DNA of 20,000 nucleotides from an uncultured virus (IMG/VR IMGVR_UViG_3300042923_001406) (taxonomy: Duplodnaviria > Heunggongvirae > Uroviricota > Caudoviricetes). The stretch's first letter is position 1, and the number at the start of each line of letters is the position of its first letter. The stretch lies in the IMG/VR virus record IMGVR_UViG_3300042923_001406. The stretch is one strand, 5' to 3'. The notes under the pieces were generated by a model. That model had not been told where the DNA came from. It worked only from the letters and a program-made list of their open reading frames with translations, and did not search any database. This document shows positions 1-8,800 of this stretch, piece after piece. The translations under genes were made by a program, and so were the position numbers.

Positions 1-120
1 TTTTCCGAAGTAAGTGCTGTTAACTCAATAATAGATACAACTAAAACTGAAGAAATGCAATATCTTTATAATGGTAGATATGATGAATATGCAAAAGAAA
101 TAGATGAATTATATAAATAA
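1..120 (+). CDS. 3' end of a hypothetical protein (partial, starts before window)
   Basis: Frame 1 is open from base 1 (FSEVSAVNSIIDTTKTEEMQYLYNGRYDEYAKEIDELYK) to TAA at 118-120, directly followed by the SD of the next gene. Confidence 0.75.
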   Translation, partial: FSEVSAVNSIIDTTKTEEMQYLYNGRYDEYAKEIDELYK

Positions 121-133
121 GGGGATGTTATTT

Positions 134-472
134 ATGGATGATATTAGAAAAAATAGACATAGAAAATCATTAGAATATGCCTTAAAAATCTTATTAGACA
201 AAGAGTATAATAAATATATTTTATCCATATACTTATATGGAAGTTGTGCTAGAGCAGAACAGAAGTATAATTCTGATGTAGATTTATTTATATTTATAAC
301 AGAAGATATGGATAGAAAAGTTTATAATAAACTTAAAAGTGATATATCTCCAGAATACTTAGGATTACCTATAGTCGATTTACATTGTAGTAAATCTGAT
401 AAGTTTAGTGATGTTAACTTATTTAATAAAAATTTAAAGAAGGAGTCAGAACTTTTATGGGAAAGAAGTTAG
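134..472 (+). CDS. Minimal nucleotidyltransferase (MNT, Pol-beta superfamily), putative antitoxin
   Basis: Motif IYLYGSCARAEQKYNSDVDLFI matches the hGSxARxxxxxxSDxD signature, with a further acidic residue in IVDLH. ATG 134 is preferred over 104 because AAGGGG lies just upstream and 104 is inside the preceding CDS. Confidence 0.9.
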   Translation: MDDIRKNRHRKSLEYALKILLDKEYNKYILSIYLYGSCARAEQKYNSDVDLFIFITEDMDRKVYNKLKSDISPEYLGLPIVDLHCSKSDKFSDVNLFNKNLKKESELLWERS

Positions 473-960
473 ATTATTTATTTTATGCTGAAGACGATTA
501 TAGATATGTAAAAGAAGTTATTAAGACAGGTTTAGTATTTAATGGTATTTGTCATAATTCTCAAAATATTTGTGAGAAGTATTTAAAACATATAATAGAT
601 ATTAATGACTTAGATGACTTAGAAGTTATGAGAACACATTCCTTAAAAGTTTTATACAAATTTATTAAAAATAATATTAAAGATTTTAAATGTAATTGGG
701 ACACTATTCTTAAAGTAGATGGTTATTATTTTCAAGTTAAATATCCTGGAGATAATTCATTTACAGCAGACGAAGAAGACATTAAGAAATCATGGGATGC
801 TGTAGTTGAAACTAGAAATTCAGTGTTAAATTATTTAAAGACTTTTAAGATAAGTAATAAAGAGGATATAATTAAAGGTATAGATGATTTTATTGAACAG
901 TTAAGGGAAACTAGTTTAAAAGATGCATTATCAAAAGATTTTGATAGTAATATTGAATAA
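457..960 (+). CDS. HEPN domain protein (MNT partner) with about 40-aa C-terminal extension
   Basis: SQNICEKYLK matches QQxxEKxLK, RTHSLKVL matches xxHDLxxL, and YFQVKYPG matches YxxxRYP. It overlaps MNT by 16 nt and has SD AAGGAG at 440-445. Confidence 0.88.
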   Translation: MGKKLDYLFYAEDDYRYVKEVIKTGLVFNGICHNSQNICEKYLKHIIDINDLDDLEVMRTHSLKVLYKFIKNNIKDFKCNWDTILKVDGYYFQVKYPGDNSFTADEEDIKKSWDAVVETRNSVLNYLKTFKISNKEDIIKGIDDFIEQLRETSLKDALSKDFDSNIE

Positions 961-989
961 TATACAAATGATTTAATAGGAGTGTTAAA

Positions 990-2363
990 ATGAGTGAAAA
1001 AATATACGGTATAGATTTAGGGACTACTAATTCTCTTATAGGATGTGAAGGTAAATTAATAACAGGATTAGTATCTTCTAAAATAAATATATCTAACAGA
1101 ACTAATGTTTCAAGTGATAAAGTTGGTGAAGATATATTTGGTTCTTATAAAGTAGATATGGGGTTAGGAGAAGAAGGAATATTTTCTATAGATGCTTCTT
1201 CAATTACTTTAAAAACTTTAGCTAATATGGTTAAAGATAAAACTAATGAAATTGTTAAAGATGTAGTTATTTCAGTTCCAGCTTATTTTTCTTCTAATCA
1301 AAGAACAGCAGTTAGAATATCAGCTGAAAAAGCAGGATTAAATTTAATAAGTGTAATAAATGAACCTACAGCAGCAGCCTTAAAAATATGTGGAGTACAG
1401 GATGATGGTAAGATTAGAAGAGATGTTTTTATAGTATATGATTTAGGTGGTGGTACCTTTGATTGTACAGTAATAGATTCACGTTCAGGAAAATATCATG
1501 TTGTAGGAACAGATGGTTGTATACTAGGTGGTGATAATTTAGATAGAAATATAGCAGAATATATTATGAATAAATTAAAAATACCTATATATAAAAGAAC
1601 TACTATATTAATATCTGAATTAATAGAAGAATGTAAAAAATGGAAAATACAAATGCAACAAAATTATAATATATTTAAAGATGATAAACATTATGAAACA
1701 ATAGTAATACCTAAAGATTTTAATTCAGATATATGTATTAATATAACATTAGGCGATTATAAAAAATTTGTTAGAGATACATTTGGTAAAACTGTATCTA
1801 TAATAACTAATTTAATAAATAGTAAAATACCTAATGGGACTGATTATAAAGTAGTTTTTGTTGGAGGTTCAACTCATTGTAATTATTTATGTAGTTATGT
1901 ATTAGAAGAGTCTAATATTCCTTATAATAAAGCCGAATTTGATAGAACTCCAGATTATACAGTGGCACTTGGTGTAGTTATGTATGCTGACTTAATAAAG
2001 AAAGGAAACGGTGATATAGAATTTAAAGATGTCACTAAACAATTATCAATAGCAGATAGTAATGGTAATGCTATTGTAATAATACCTGCTAATACTAACA
2101 TACCTTGTTCAAAAACAAAGATATTAACTAATCCAGTAGATGCTAATATATTAAATGTTAGACTGTATCAAGGTAATTCTCTAATATCTAAAAATAATGA
2201 ATATATTGGAAGTTTAGAGTACAAATATGAAAGATTTATGAAAGCAAAAGAAGGTGACGTTGAAGTTACTATTAATGTTGATATGGGTGGTTTTATAACA
2301 TTAGAAGTTATAGATTTTATTAATTTTGGAGAAAAGAAATCTATAACTTTAAGAGGATTTTAA
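990..2363 (+). CDS. Hsp70/DnaK-family protein, short divergent form lacking the alpha-helical lid
   Basis: Motifs GIDLGTTNS, VISVPAYF, INEPTAAA, YDLGGGTFD, LGGDNLD and VFVGGST are present. An SBD-beta region (IIPANTNIP...LYQG...VEVTINVDMGG) ends at the stop codon. SD AGGAG at 978-982. Confidence 0.95.
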   Translation: MSEKIYGIDLGTTNSLIGCEGKLITGLVSSKINISNRTNVSSDKVGEDIFGSYKVDMGLGEEGIFSIDASSITLKTLANMVKDKTNEIVKDVVISVPAYFSSNQRTAVRISAEKAGLNLISVINEPTAAALKICGVQDDGKIRRDVFIVYDLGGGTFDCTVIDSRSGKYHVVGTDGCILGGDNLDRNIAEYIMNKLKIPIYKRTTILISELIEECKKWKIQMQQNYNIFKDDKHYETIVIPKDFNSDICINITLGDYKKFVRDTFGKTVSIITNLINSKIPNGTDYKVVFVGGSTHCNYLCSYVLEESNIPYNKAEFDRTPDYTVALGVVMYADLIKKGNGDIEFKDVTKQLSIADSNGNAIVIIPANTNIPCSKTKILTNPVDANILNVRLYQGNSLISKNNEYIGSLEYKYERFMKAKEGDVEVTINVDMGGFITLEVIDFINFGEKKSITLRGF

Positions 2364-2364
2364 T

Positions 2365-2685
2365 ATGTTTATAGGTTCTTATAAAATTGATATAGACTAT
2401 CTTAAAAGAATATATAGAAAACCAGAACTAGTAAAAGAATATTCAAATTCTTTAATACCAAAAGAATTCGTTCATATAAAAGAATTAAGAGATAATCAAT
2501 TATATTATATATGTATGAGTTTAAGAAAAATAGGTATATTAGATTACAAAGAACTAAATGAATCAATAAATATAATATTAAAAGGATTAAGGATAACAGG
2601 ATATGCTGATGAATTAATAGAAGTTTCTGTTATATATAATTTAATAAATAAAGATAAATTAGACGTATATTTGGAAAGGTTGTGA
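2365..2685 (+). CDS. Hypothetical protein (106 aa)
   Basis: Starts 1 nt after the Hsp70 stop, has an AGAGG SD, and overlaps the next gene at GTGA. Confidence 0.75.
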   Translation: MFIGSYKIDIDYLKRIYRKPELVKEYSNSLIPKEFVHIKELRDNQLYYICMSLRKIGILDYKELNESINIILKGLRITGYADELIEVSVIYNLINKDKLDVYLERL

Positions 2686-3215
2686 ATTGTTTGGACAAAG
2701 AAGAGTTAAAGTTTCAATATAAAGTTAAAAATAGATATAGTATTTATGAGGATTTAGAATTTGTAAGAATTATATTAAATAGAGTTAAAGAATTAACGGA
2801 TATAAATGAAACTATATTTGAATCTTATAATGAATTAAACAAATTATCAGAAGAAATTAATAGTTTATTAATAAGTCTTAATGAAGATGAAGATAAAGAA
2901 ACAGAATTAAGACATAAAATGACGGTATGTTATTTTGCTTTAGAAAATTATATGTCATATTTTTATAAAGATTATAAAGACAGTATAAATTTAAAAAAGA
3001 AAATAAATAAATTAGCATTTCAATATTTAGATTCAAGATCACCTATAGTTAAAAGTAAACAATTATTAGACCAATCATTTATGCCTTATGAATTTATAGA
3101 TACATTAAGATTATTAAATGAAGGTACAAAGTATATAGGATTTAAATTAATTGATAGAGAAGATATTATATTAGATAATCTAATTGATAGATTAAATGAT
3201 ATAACATGGATATAA
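2682..3215 (+). CDS. Hypothetical helical/coiled-coil protein (177 aa, GTG start)
   Basis: ORF with GTGA overlap, upstream GGAAAGG and a heptad-like E/L-rich middle. Confidence 0.75.
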   Translation: MNCLDKEELKFQYKVKNRYSIYEDLEFVRIILNRVKELTDINETIFESYNELNKLSEEINSLLISLNEDEDKETELRHKMTVCYFALENYMSYFYKDYKDSINLKKKINKLAFQYLDSRSPIVKSKQLLDQSFMPYEFIDTLRLLNEGTKYIGFKLIDREDIILDNLIDRLNDITWI

Positions 3216-3397
3216 AATCATTAAAAGAAGAGATGCAATTTATAACAAATACAATAACTGATGATTTAGAATATTTATTGTATCTCTTATTAAAAGATGG
3301 TTTAGATAAAGACAAACCTAATATAGTTGAATCTGATATAAAAGAAGAGATTAATTTAAATTCTGTATTTATAGAAAATTGGTTTAATAGTTTATAA
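3206..3397 (+). CDS. Small acidic hypothetical protein (63 aa), or 5' part of an interrupted gene 3206..3646
   Basis: ORF overlaps the upstream stop. The same frame stays open for 82 further codons after TAA 3395-3397. Confidence 0.6.
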   Translation: MDIKSLKEEMQFITNTITDDLEYLLYLLLKDGLDKDKPNIVESDIKEEINLNSVFIENWFNSL

Positions 3398-3409
3398 GAA
3401 GGTGATATT

Positions 3410-3646
3410 ATTAAAGATAAAATAAAAGAAATAGCTTTAATAAAATATGACAACTTTATTAAAGAAAAAGAACAAATAAATTCAAATGAATTATTTGAAT
3501 TACCTACTATAATATTAGTAGGTTACATATTAAGAAATTATTCTAAAACACCAAAAATATCAATTTCTAAAGAATTTCTAAAAAATAATATATCTTATGA
3601 AAAATATAAAGAAGTAAGAATGTTATTAAGTATTTTAGATAATTAA
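3410..3646 (+). CDS. Unannotated hypothetical protein (78 aa) with putative ATT start, or 3' part of an interrupted gene
   Basis: Frame 3398..3646 is open (KDKIKEIALIKYDNF...VRMLLSILDN*) and fills the gap exactly. AAGGTG at 3399-3404 precedes ATT 3410 with a 5-nt spacer. Confidence 0.55.
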   Translation: MKDKIKEIALIKYDNFIKEKEQINSNELFELPTIILVGYILRNYSKTPKISISKEFLKNNISYEKYKEVRMLLSILDN

Positions 3647-3671
3647 CTAAGGAGAAAGGAAAAGTTTTACT

Positions 3672-5186
3672 ATGGGTTTTTATAATAAAAATTTATTTTT
3701 GAGATTACCAAACAAGATGGCTATTATTGATACTTTAGAAAGAACAGGTGAACCTAATTCAGAATCTTTTTCACCTTACGTTGGGATGAATTATTTAATA
3801 ACAGCACAAATGATAGGACCTAAATATGGTAATGTAAATTTTGATATTATAAAAGAATATATAATATCAACTAGAAATGATTTTAAACCAGATAAAATTA
3901 AAGGTCAAATAGATTATAAATCTAGAGAAGATAGTAATGATTTTGAAAGTTCAAAGAAAGATAACTATGAGATTTTTTTAGAAAATATAGATGAACGATA
4001 TATAACAGATTCACTAAAAAGTATGTTAATTGGTATGAAATTAAATTATAAAAATGATATTAATTTAGCAGCAAATGCTACTTTAAAAGTACAAGCCGAC
4101 ATGTATGACAAAGAGACAGGAAAACCATTTAATCAGTCTGATGTATATGTAGAAGATTTATCTCACAAGGATGTATATAATAGACATGAGTTAAGAAGTA
4201 GATTAGCTTTTTTACTTAAAAAGTTACAAGATGGTTCTAAGCAATTTGGTATTTCCTTATTATCTATGTTTGCAGCTTTAGATGGTATTAGAAGTTTAAA
4301 AGGACCTTATGAAGATATAAAACCAAATGAGATATTACAATTTCCTATTTATAACGTAAATTCAAATGGTGATTTAACATCTAAAGTAGACCCATTAAGT
4401 GCTAATGCTACAAGAAAGTTTATAAATGCTAAAAATTTAATATTAGGATTACCATATGATTCAAAAGATAAAGATAATAATAATTTAGCAAAATATTACT
4501 CTTTGTATTATAATACTGGTATAAGATTAATAAATACAATAAAAGAATTAGGATACAATTTATATGAAGAAGATATAACAGAATATACTTCTATAGTAAT
4601 AGAATCTTTATTAGTTGACTATATAATGTCAAATGAAGAGTTATTAGAAGATATGTCTATATGTGATCCTAATATACTTAATGTATTAAGAGATAATAAT
4701 ATTATATTTAATAGACCGACTATATATCATGAAAAGTTAGAAGAACAAATGTCAAAAGAACAAAAACATATATCTTTAAGAAATATGGCAAGAATTAAAT
4801 CACAAATGATTAGTTTTAAAAGAGAAGAAAGTAATAAGATTAATGCTGAATCGGAGCATGTAAGTTTAATAAATAAATTTTTTACTGTTTACAATAAAAC
4901 CTTTCCGAAATCCTTTATAGAGGAGAAATGTACTGAAGATTGTTGTATAATAAATAATGTTTTATGTGATTCATCACATAATCCATTAATATTTAAAGAC
5001 AATGCTTGGTTACTTATGTTAGGTAATGATACGCCGGGGTTTTCAAGTATACACTTTATTATAACAAGTGATGCTAAAGTTATAAAATTAGATAATGAAA
5101 ATGACTTAATTTACGCAACGTTATCAAGTTTACTGAGAGTTATTTACGAGAAAGATTATTCTTTATTAGATAGAGGAGTTAAATAA
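3672..5186 (+). CDS. Hypothetical protein (504 aa)
   Basis: Long ORF with AAGGAG/AAGGA SD elements upstream. No motif recognised. Confidence 0.85.
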   Translation: MGFYNKNLFLRLPNKMAIIDTLERTGEPNSESFSPYVGMNYLITAQMIGPKYGNVNFDIIKEYIISTRNDFKPDKIKGQIDYKSREDSNDFESSKKDNYEIFLENIDERYITDSLKSMLIGMKLNYKNDINLAANATLKVQADMYDKETGKPFNQSDVYVEDLSHKDVYNRHELRSRLAFLLKKLQDGSKQFGISLLSMFAALDGIRSLKGPYEDIKPNEILQFPIYNVNSNGDLTSKVDPLSANATRKFINAKNLILGLPYDSKDKDNNNLAKYYSLYYNTGIRLINTIKELGYNLYEEDITEYTSIVIESLLVDYIMSNEELLEDMSICDPNILNVLRDNNIIFNRPTIYHEKLEEQMSKEQKHISLRNMARIKSQMISFKREESNKINAESEHVSLINKFFTVYNKTFPKSFIEEKCTEDCCIINNVLCDSSHNPLIFKDNAWLLMLGNDTPGFSSIHFIITSDAKVIKLDNENDLIYATLSSLLRVIYEKDYSLLDRGVK

Positions 5187-5188
5187 TT

Positions 5189-5368
5189 GTGAAAAAGATT
5201 TCAGTTAATACATTACAGAATATTGGTATAAATAAACTTATAGATGAAAATATAAGATTTACCATTACACATGATGAAGAAGAAGATATTGAAGAGGAGG
5301 ATAAAATTAATAATGTCAGCGATAAAATTACCTTACTTAGGGAACAATGCTTACGCGGAAATTTATAA
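5189..5368 (+). CDS. Small acidic hypothetical protein (59 aa, GTG start), missed by the ORF track
   Basis: GAGGAG at 5173-5178, GTG at 5189. Translates MKKISVNTLQNIGINKLIDENIRFTITHDEEEDIEEEDKINNVSDKITLLREQCLRGNL* and begins 2 nt after the upstream stop. Confidence 0.6.
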   Translation: MKKISVNTLQNIGINKLIDENIRFTITHDEEEDIEEEDKINNVSDKITLLREQCLRGNL

Positions 5369-5852
5369 TACTCCTAATGGTTATCAAGAAGTAACTAATT
5401 TAGATAAATATAATAATAGTATTATTAGAAATACTAGGATATTTAGAGTAGATTTATTATACTATTTGAATGATTATTTTGAATTAAGTACTATAAGGAA
5501 ATACAGAGCAGCAATATATTATATAATATCAGGTATTGCTATGATGAAGAGTAATAAAGATTTAATAGCAAAATCATTAGAATCATTATATAAAGAAGAC
5601 CCTAAATTTAAAATATTTATAGGTAAAGTCTACTATTTTAGAGATACGGAAGATGAAGAGTTATCTTTATATGAAGCAATAGTAACAAATGTAAATAAAT
5701 CTATATTAAGTTTATTAGATGAATTACCAAAGAAAATACCTAGTAAAAAGTATATAATAAATTCACAGTTATATTTATATTTTTCTATAGATAGTATTTT
5801 TCCTATTGAAGAACTAATGAAAGTTAAGGGATTGGAAGTGATTTCGAGATGA
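5313..5852 (+). CDS. Hypothetical protein (179 aa), translationally coupled to the polymerase
   Basis: ATG 5313 follows GAGGAGG (5294-5300). The track's start at 5271 adds an MMKKKILKRRIK stretch that looks like an off-frame reading of GAA/GAT codons. ATGA overlap with the polymerase. Confidence 0.75.
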   Translation: MSAIKLPYLGNNAYAEIYNTPNGYQEVTNLDKYNNSIIRNTRIFRVDLLYYLNDYFELSTIRKYRAAIYYIISGIAMMKSNKDLIAKSLESLYKEDPKFKIFIGKVYYFRDTEDEELSLYEAIVTNVNKSILSLLDELPKKIPSKKYIINSQLYLYFSIDSIFPIEELMKVKGLEVISR

Positions 5853-8800
5853 TGAAAGTTGGTATATTCAGAGATATTAAGAATAACATAGATTATACAG
5901 TAGTAGTAAATGTTGTTCAAAATAAGGGAGAACGTATAGAAATATATAGAAGGAAAGAGGATTATTCACCAATTGATACTTATAATGCTATTTCAGCTTA
6001 TTATAGAAAATCAAGAGAATATTACTATGGTGATAGTGAATTAATAAGAGAGTATTTAAATGCTCAAAATTCATGTATAACTATAAAGGGAGAATTAAAT
6101 CAAACAAGTACATTTAATCAAGAGGGTTTTATTATAACTCAAATGAAAGTAAATGAACAATTAGGGTTATCTAGTAAGGTTATATTAGTAAATGGTATAA
6201 TAAAAGAGGAATTATATGTAACACCTAACTATATGATACATATAGATGGTATAACTGAAATGAATACAAATATATTTGTAGACCCTTTAAATATTAAAGA
6301 TTATAAAATAATATCTATATTATCTGATTTTCAAGATAATGATACAATAGATGCAGATTATTATTCATTAGATTATTTAAAATCAAAATATCCTATAGAC
6401 CATGTAGATAATTATGATTATTTAATAATAGAATCTATTGAACAAGCAGAGGAAGAACTTAAAAAATGGAAGAATTCTAAAGTAAAAATAAAGTCCATAG
6501 ATATAGAGTCTACTGGATTAGAAATGTCTGTGTTTGGTGAAGATTTAATAACCGGAGTAGTCTTATCATATGATTGGGAGCCATTAGGTGAAGTAGAAAA
6601 TTCAAGATACTTTCCTTTTAGACAAAAGAATTTTAAGTATAATTTACCTTTAGATTTTTTAAAGAAAATTGAAACTGCTGTAAATTCACAACCTAAAGCT
6701 AAAACAATAAATTTAGATGTTTATGATGGTACATTAATAGTTGCTCATAATATGAAAATGGAAAAGAAAAGTTTCTGGAGAGATGAATTAGATGTAAGAA
6801 TTGATATGGATACATATACATTATCTACTTTAATAGATACTAGAATGGAAAGAGGATTACATACATTAAAAAATAGAGCACAACAAGCAACTAAATTATT
6901 CTGGTTAGAGTTGGATATGGTATTTAAATCTAAATTAATAAGATTTGATATTTTACCTTCGGAAATAGTAAGATATTATGCTTGTCCAGATACAGCTAAT
7001 ACTATTAAAGTACTAAAATGGTTATATAAACAATTACCAGAAACTGAACAAGAAGTTTATATGATAGAAAATGAATTACAGTATACAAAAGCTAATCAAG
7101 AATACTATGGTTTAAGATTAAATCAAGAGGGATTAATAAAAAGACTTAAAAATGTTGAATTTATAGTGGATAAATTATCTGACATATTTAAAAGAAAACA
7201 TAATACTTCTAAAAATATAAATTCAGCAGATGTATTAAGAGATATAGTATATAATAAATTAGGATGTAAAGTTGTAGTTCGTACAAAGAAAAATAAACCT
7301 TCAACATCAGTAGATGCTATTTCAAATATAGTAAAACATGGTCTAATTAAAAATATTGATTTAGACAAAGATGTTCCACCTGATGTATTAGATTTATATG
7401 GTAAATCTATAATAGATGGTAAAGAATTAAAAAAGAATAAGTATCCTACTTTAGTTATTTTATCATATTATAATAAGTATAAGAAAGAGTTAGGAGCTTT
7501 AAGACGTTTACAAAAGAAATCAATAAATGATAGAGTAATGTTTGGTATAAATGGTACAGGTGCAGCTTCAGGTAGACAAACTTCAGACGCACACCAATAT
7601 TCAGATACTATGAAAGAATTAGTATTATCTGATACACCAGAACATACATTAATATCATCAGATTATTCTCAAGTAGAATTAAGAGTTCTTGCTTATATTA
7701 TAAAAGATACAAGATTAATAGAGCTAATGAAAGATAAACATATAGATATACATAGAGCATTTTTATCCATTATTAATGGAATACCTGTACATATGATTTC
7801 AGCAGTAATGAGGTCAAGTGGAAAGCGTGTTAATTTTGGTGTTGTATATGGTATATCAGAGTATGGTCTTGCTAGAGATACTTATGGACCAGAATATACT
7901 AAAGAACAGTTATTAGATAGAAAGAAAGCTATAACAGATTTCTTTAATGGTATACCTGGTTGTAAAGAATTAGCTGATTATAATAGAAAATTTGTATTCG
8001 AACATGGTTATATAGAAACACCATTAGGATACAGAAGAGTTTTATATGGTGTATTTGATGAAGGATTAACTAAAGCACAAAAAGAAAGAATATTTAGAGC
8101 AGCTAATAACACACCTGTACAAGGATTTGCTGCACATTTAATGAAGATGGCAGAAAATAATGTAATGAGGTATATAAAAGAAAAAGGTTGGGACAAAACT
8201 ATAACTTATATGGGTAAAGAGTTTCCGTTAGTTAGAAATATGTTATCTATACATGATGAATTATTAATATCTGCACATAATTCAATACCTAAAGAAGAAA
8301 TAGTACTTATGTGCAAAGAGTGTATGGAAATAGAATTTAAAGATGCACCTCCTTTCTTTGCAGTACCGACTTTTGTAGAAAATTGGGCACAAGGTAAAGC
8401 TGAACAATTTGAAATGTCTGTTTCTATGAGAGATGATATATTAGAAGCATGGTTAAAAGAAGGAAAATCAATAGTAGATTGGGATAATTTAACTTATTCA
8501 ATAAATGAATATAAATTAAATCAAATAAAAGATTATATGGAGTCTTTAATAAGAAAATATAAAACAGAAGAAGAAATTATTAAACATGTTAATCATCCAG
8601 AATTTACACATTTATTAATTTCAGTTTATGTAAATAAAGATATTGTTAAGAAAAATTCACATGAAGATTGTATTGCTATTGCAGTAAAAGAATATATGAA
8701 TAATCCTGATAATGTAATAGTAGTAGAAAATTCTTATGAAGAATATAAAGAAAATAAAGAAATACAAGATTCCATTTCTTATTTGAAAGATTTTGAACAA

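Noticed and set aside
961..989. Promoter or terminator in the HEPN-Hsp70 spacer
   Set aside because: No hairpin is present, and -10-like hexamers are ubiquitous at this AT content, so no site can be supported.
2365..2685. J-domain co-chaperone (LKRIYRK resembles IKKAYRK)
   Set aside because: No HPD motif follows, and I saw none in the other nearby ORFs.
3395..3397. Stop-codon reassignment (alternative genetic code)
   Set aside because: TAA, TAG and TGA all terminate genes that abut or overlap their successors, and coding density is already near complete under code 11. Only one in-frame TAA case was seen.
8270..8290. Intein in PolA (AHN-S resembles a C-terminal splice junction)
   Set aside because: It directly follows motif C. 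Polymerase motifs are normally spaced, with no insertion, N-terminal splice block or LAGLIDADG motifs.
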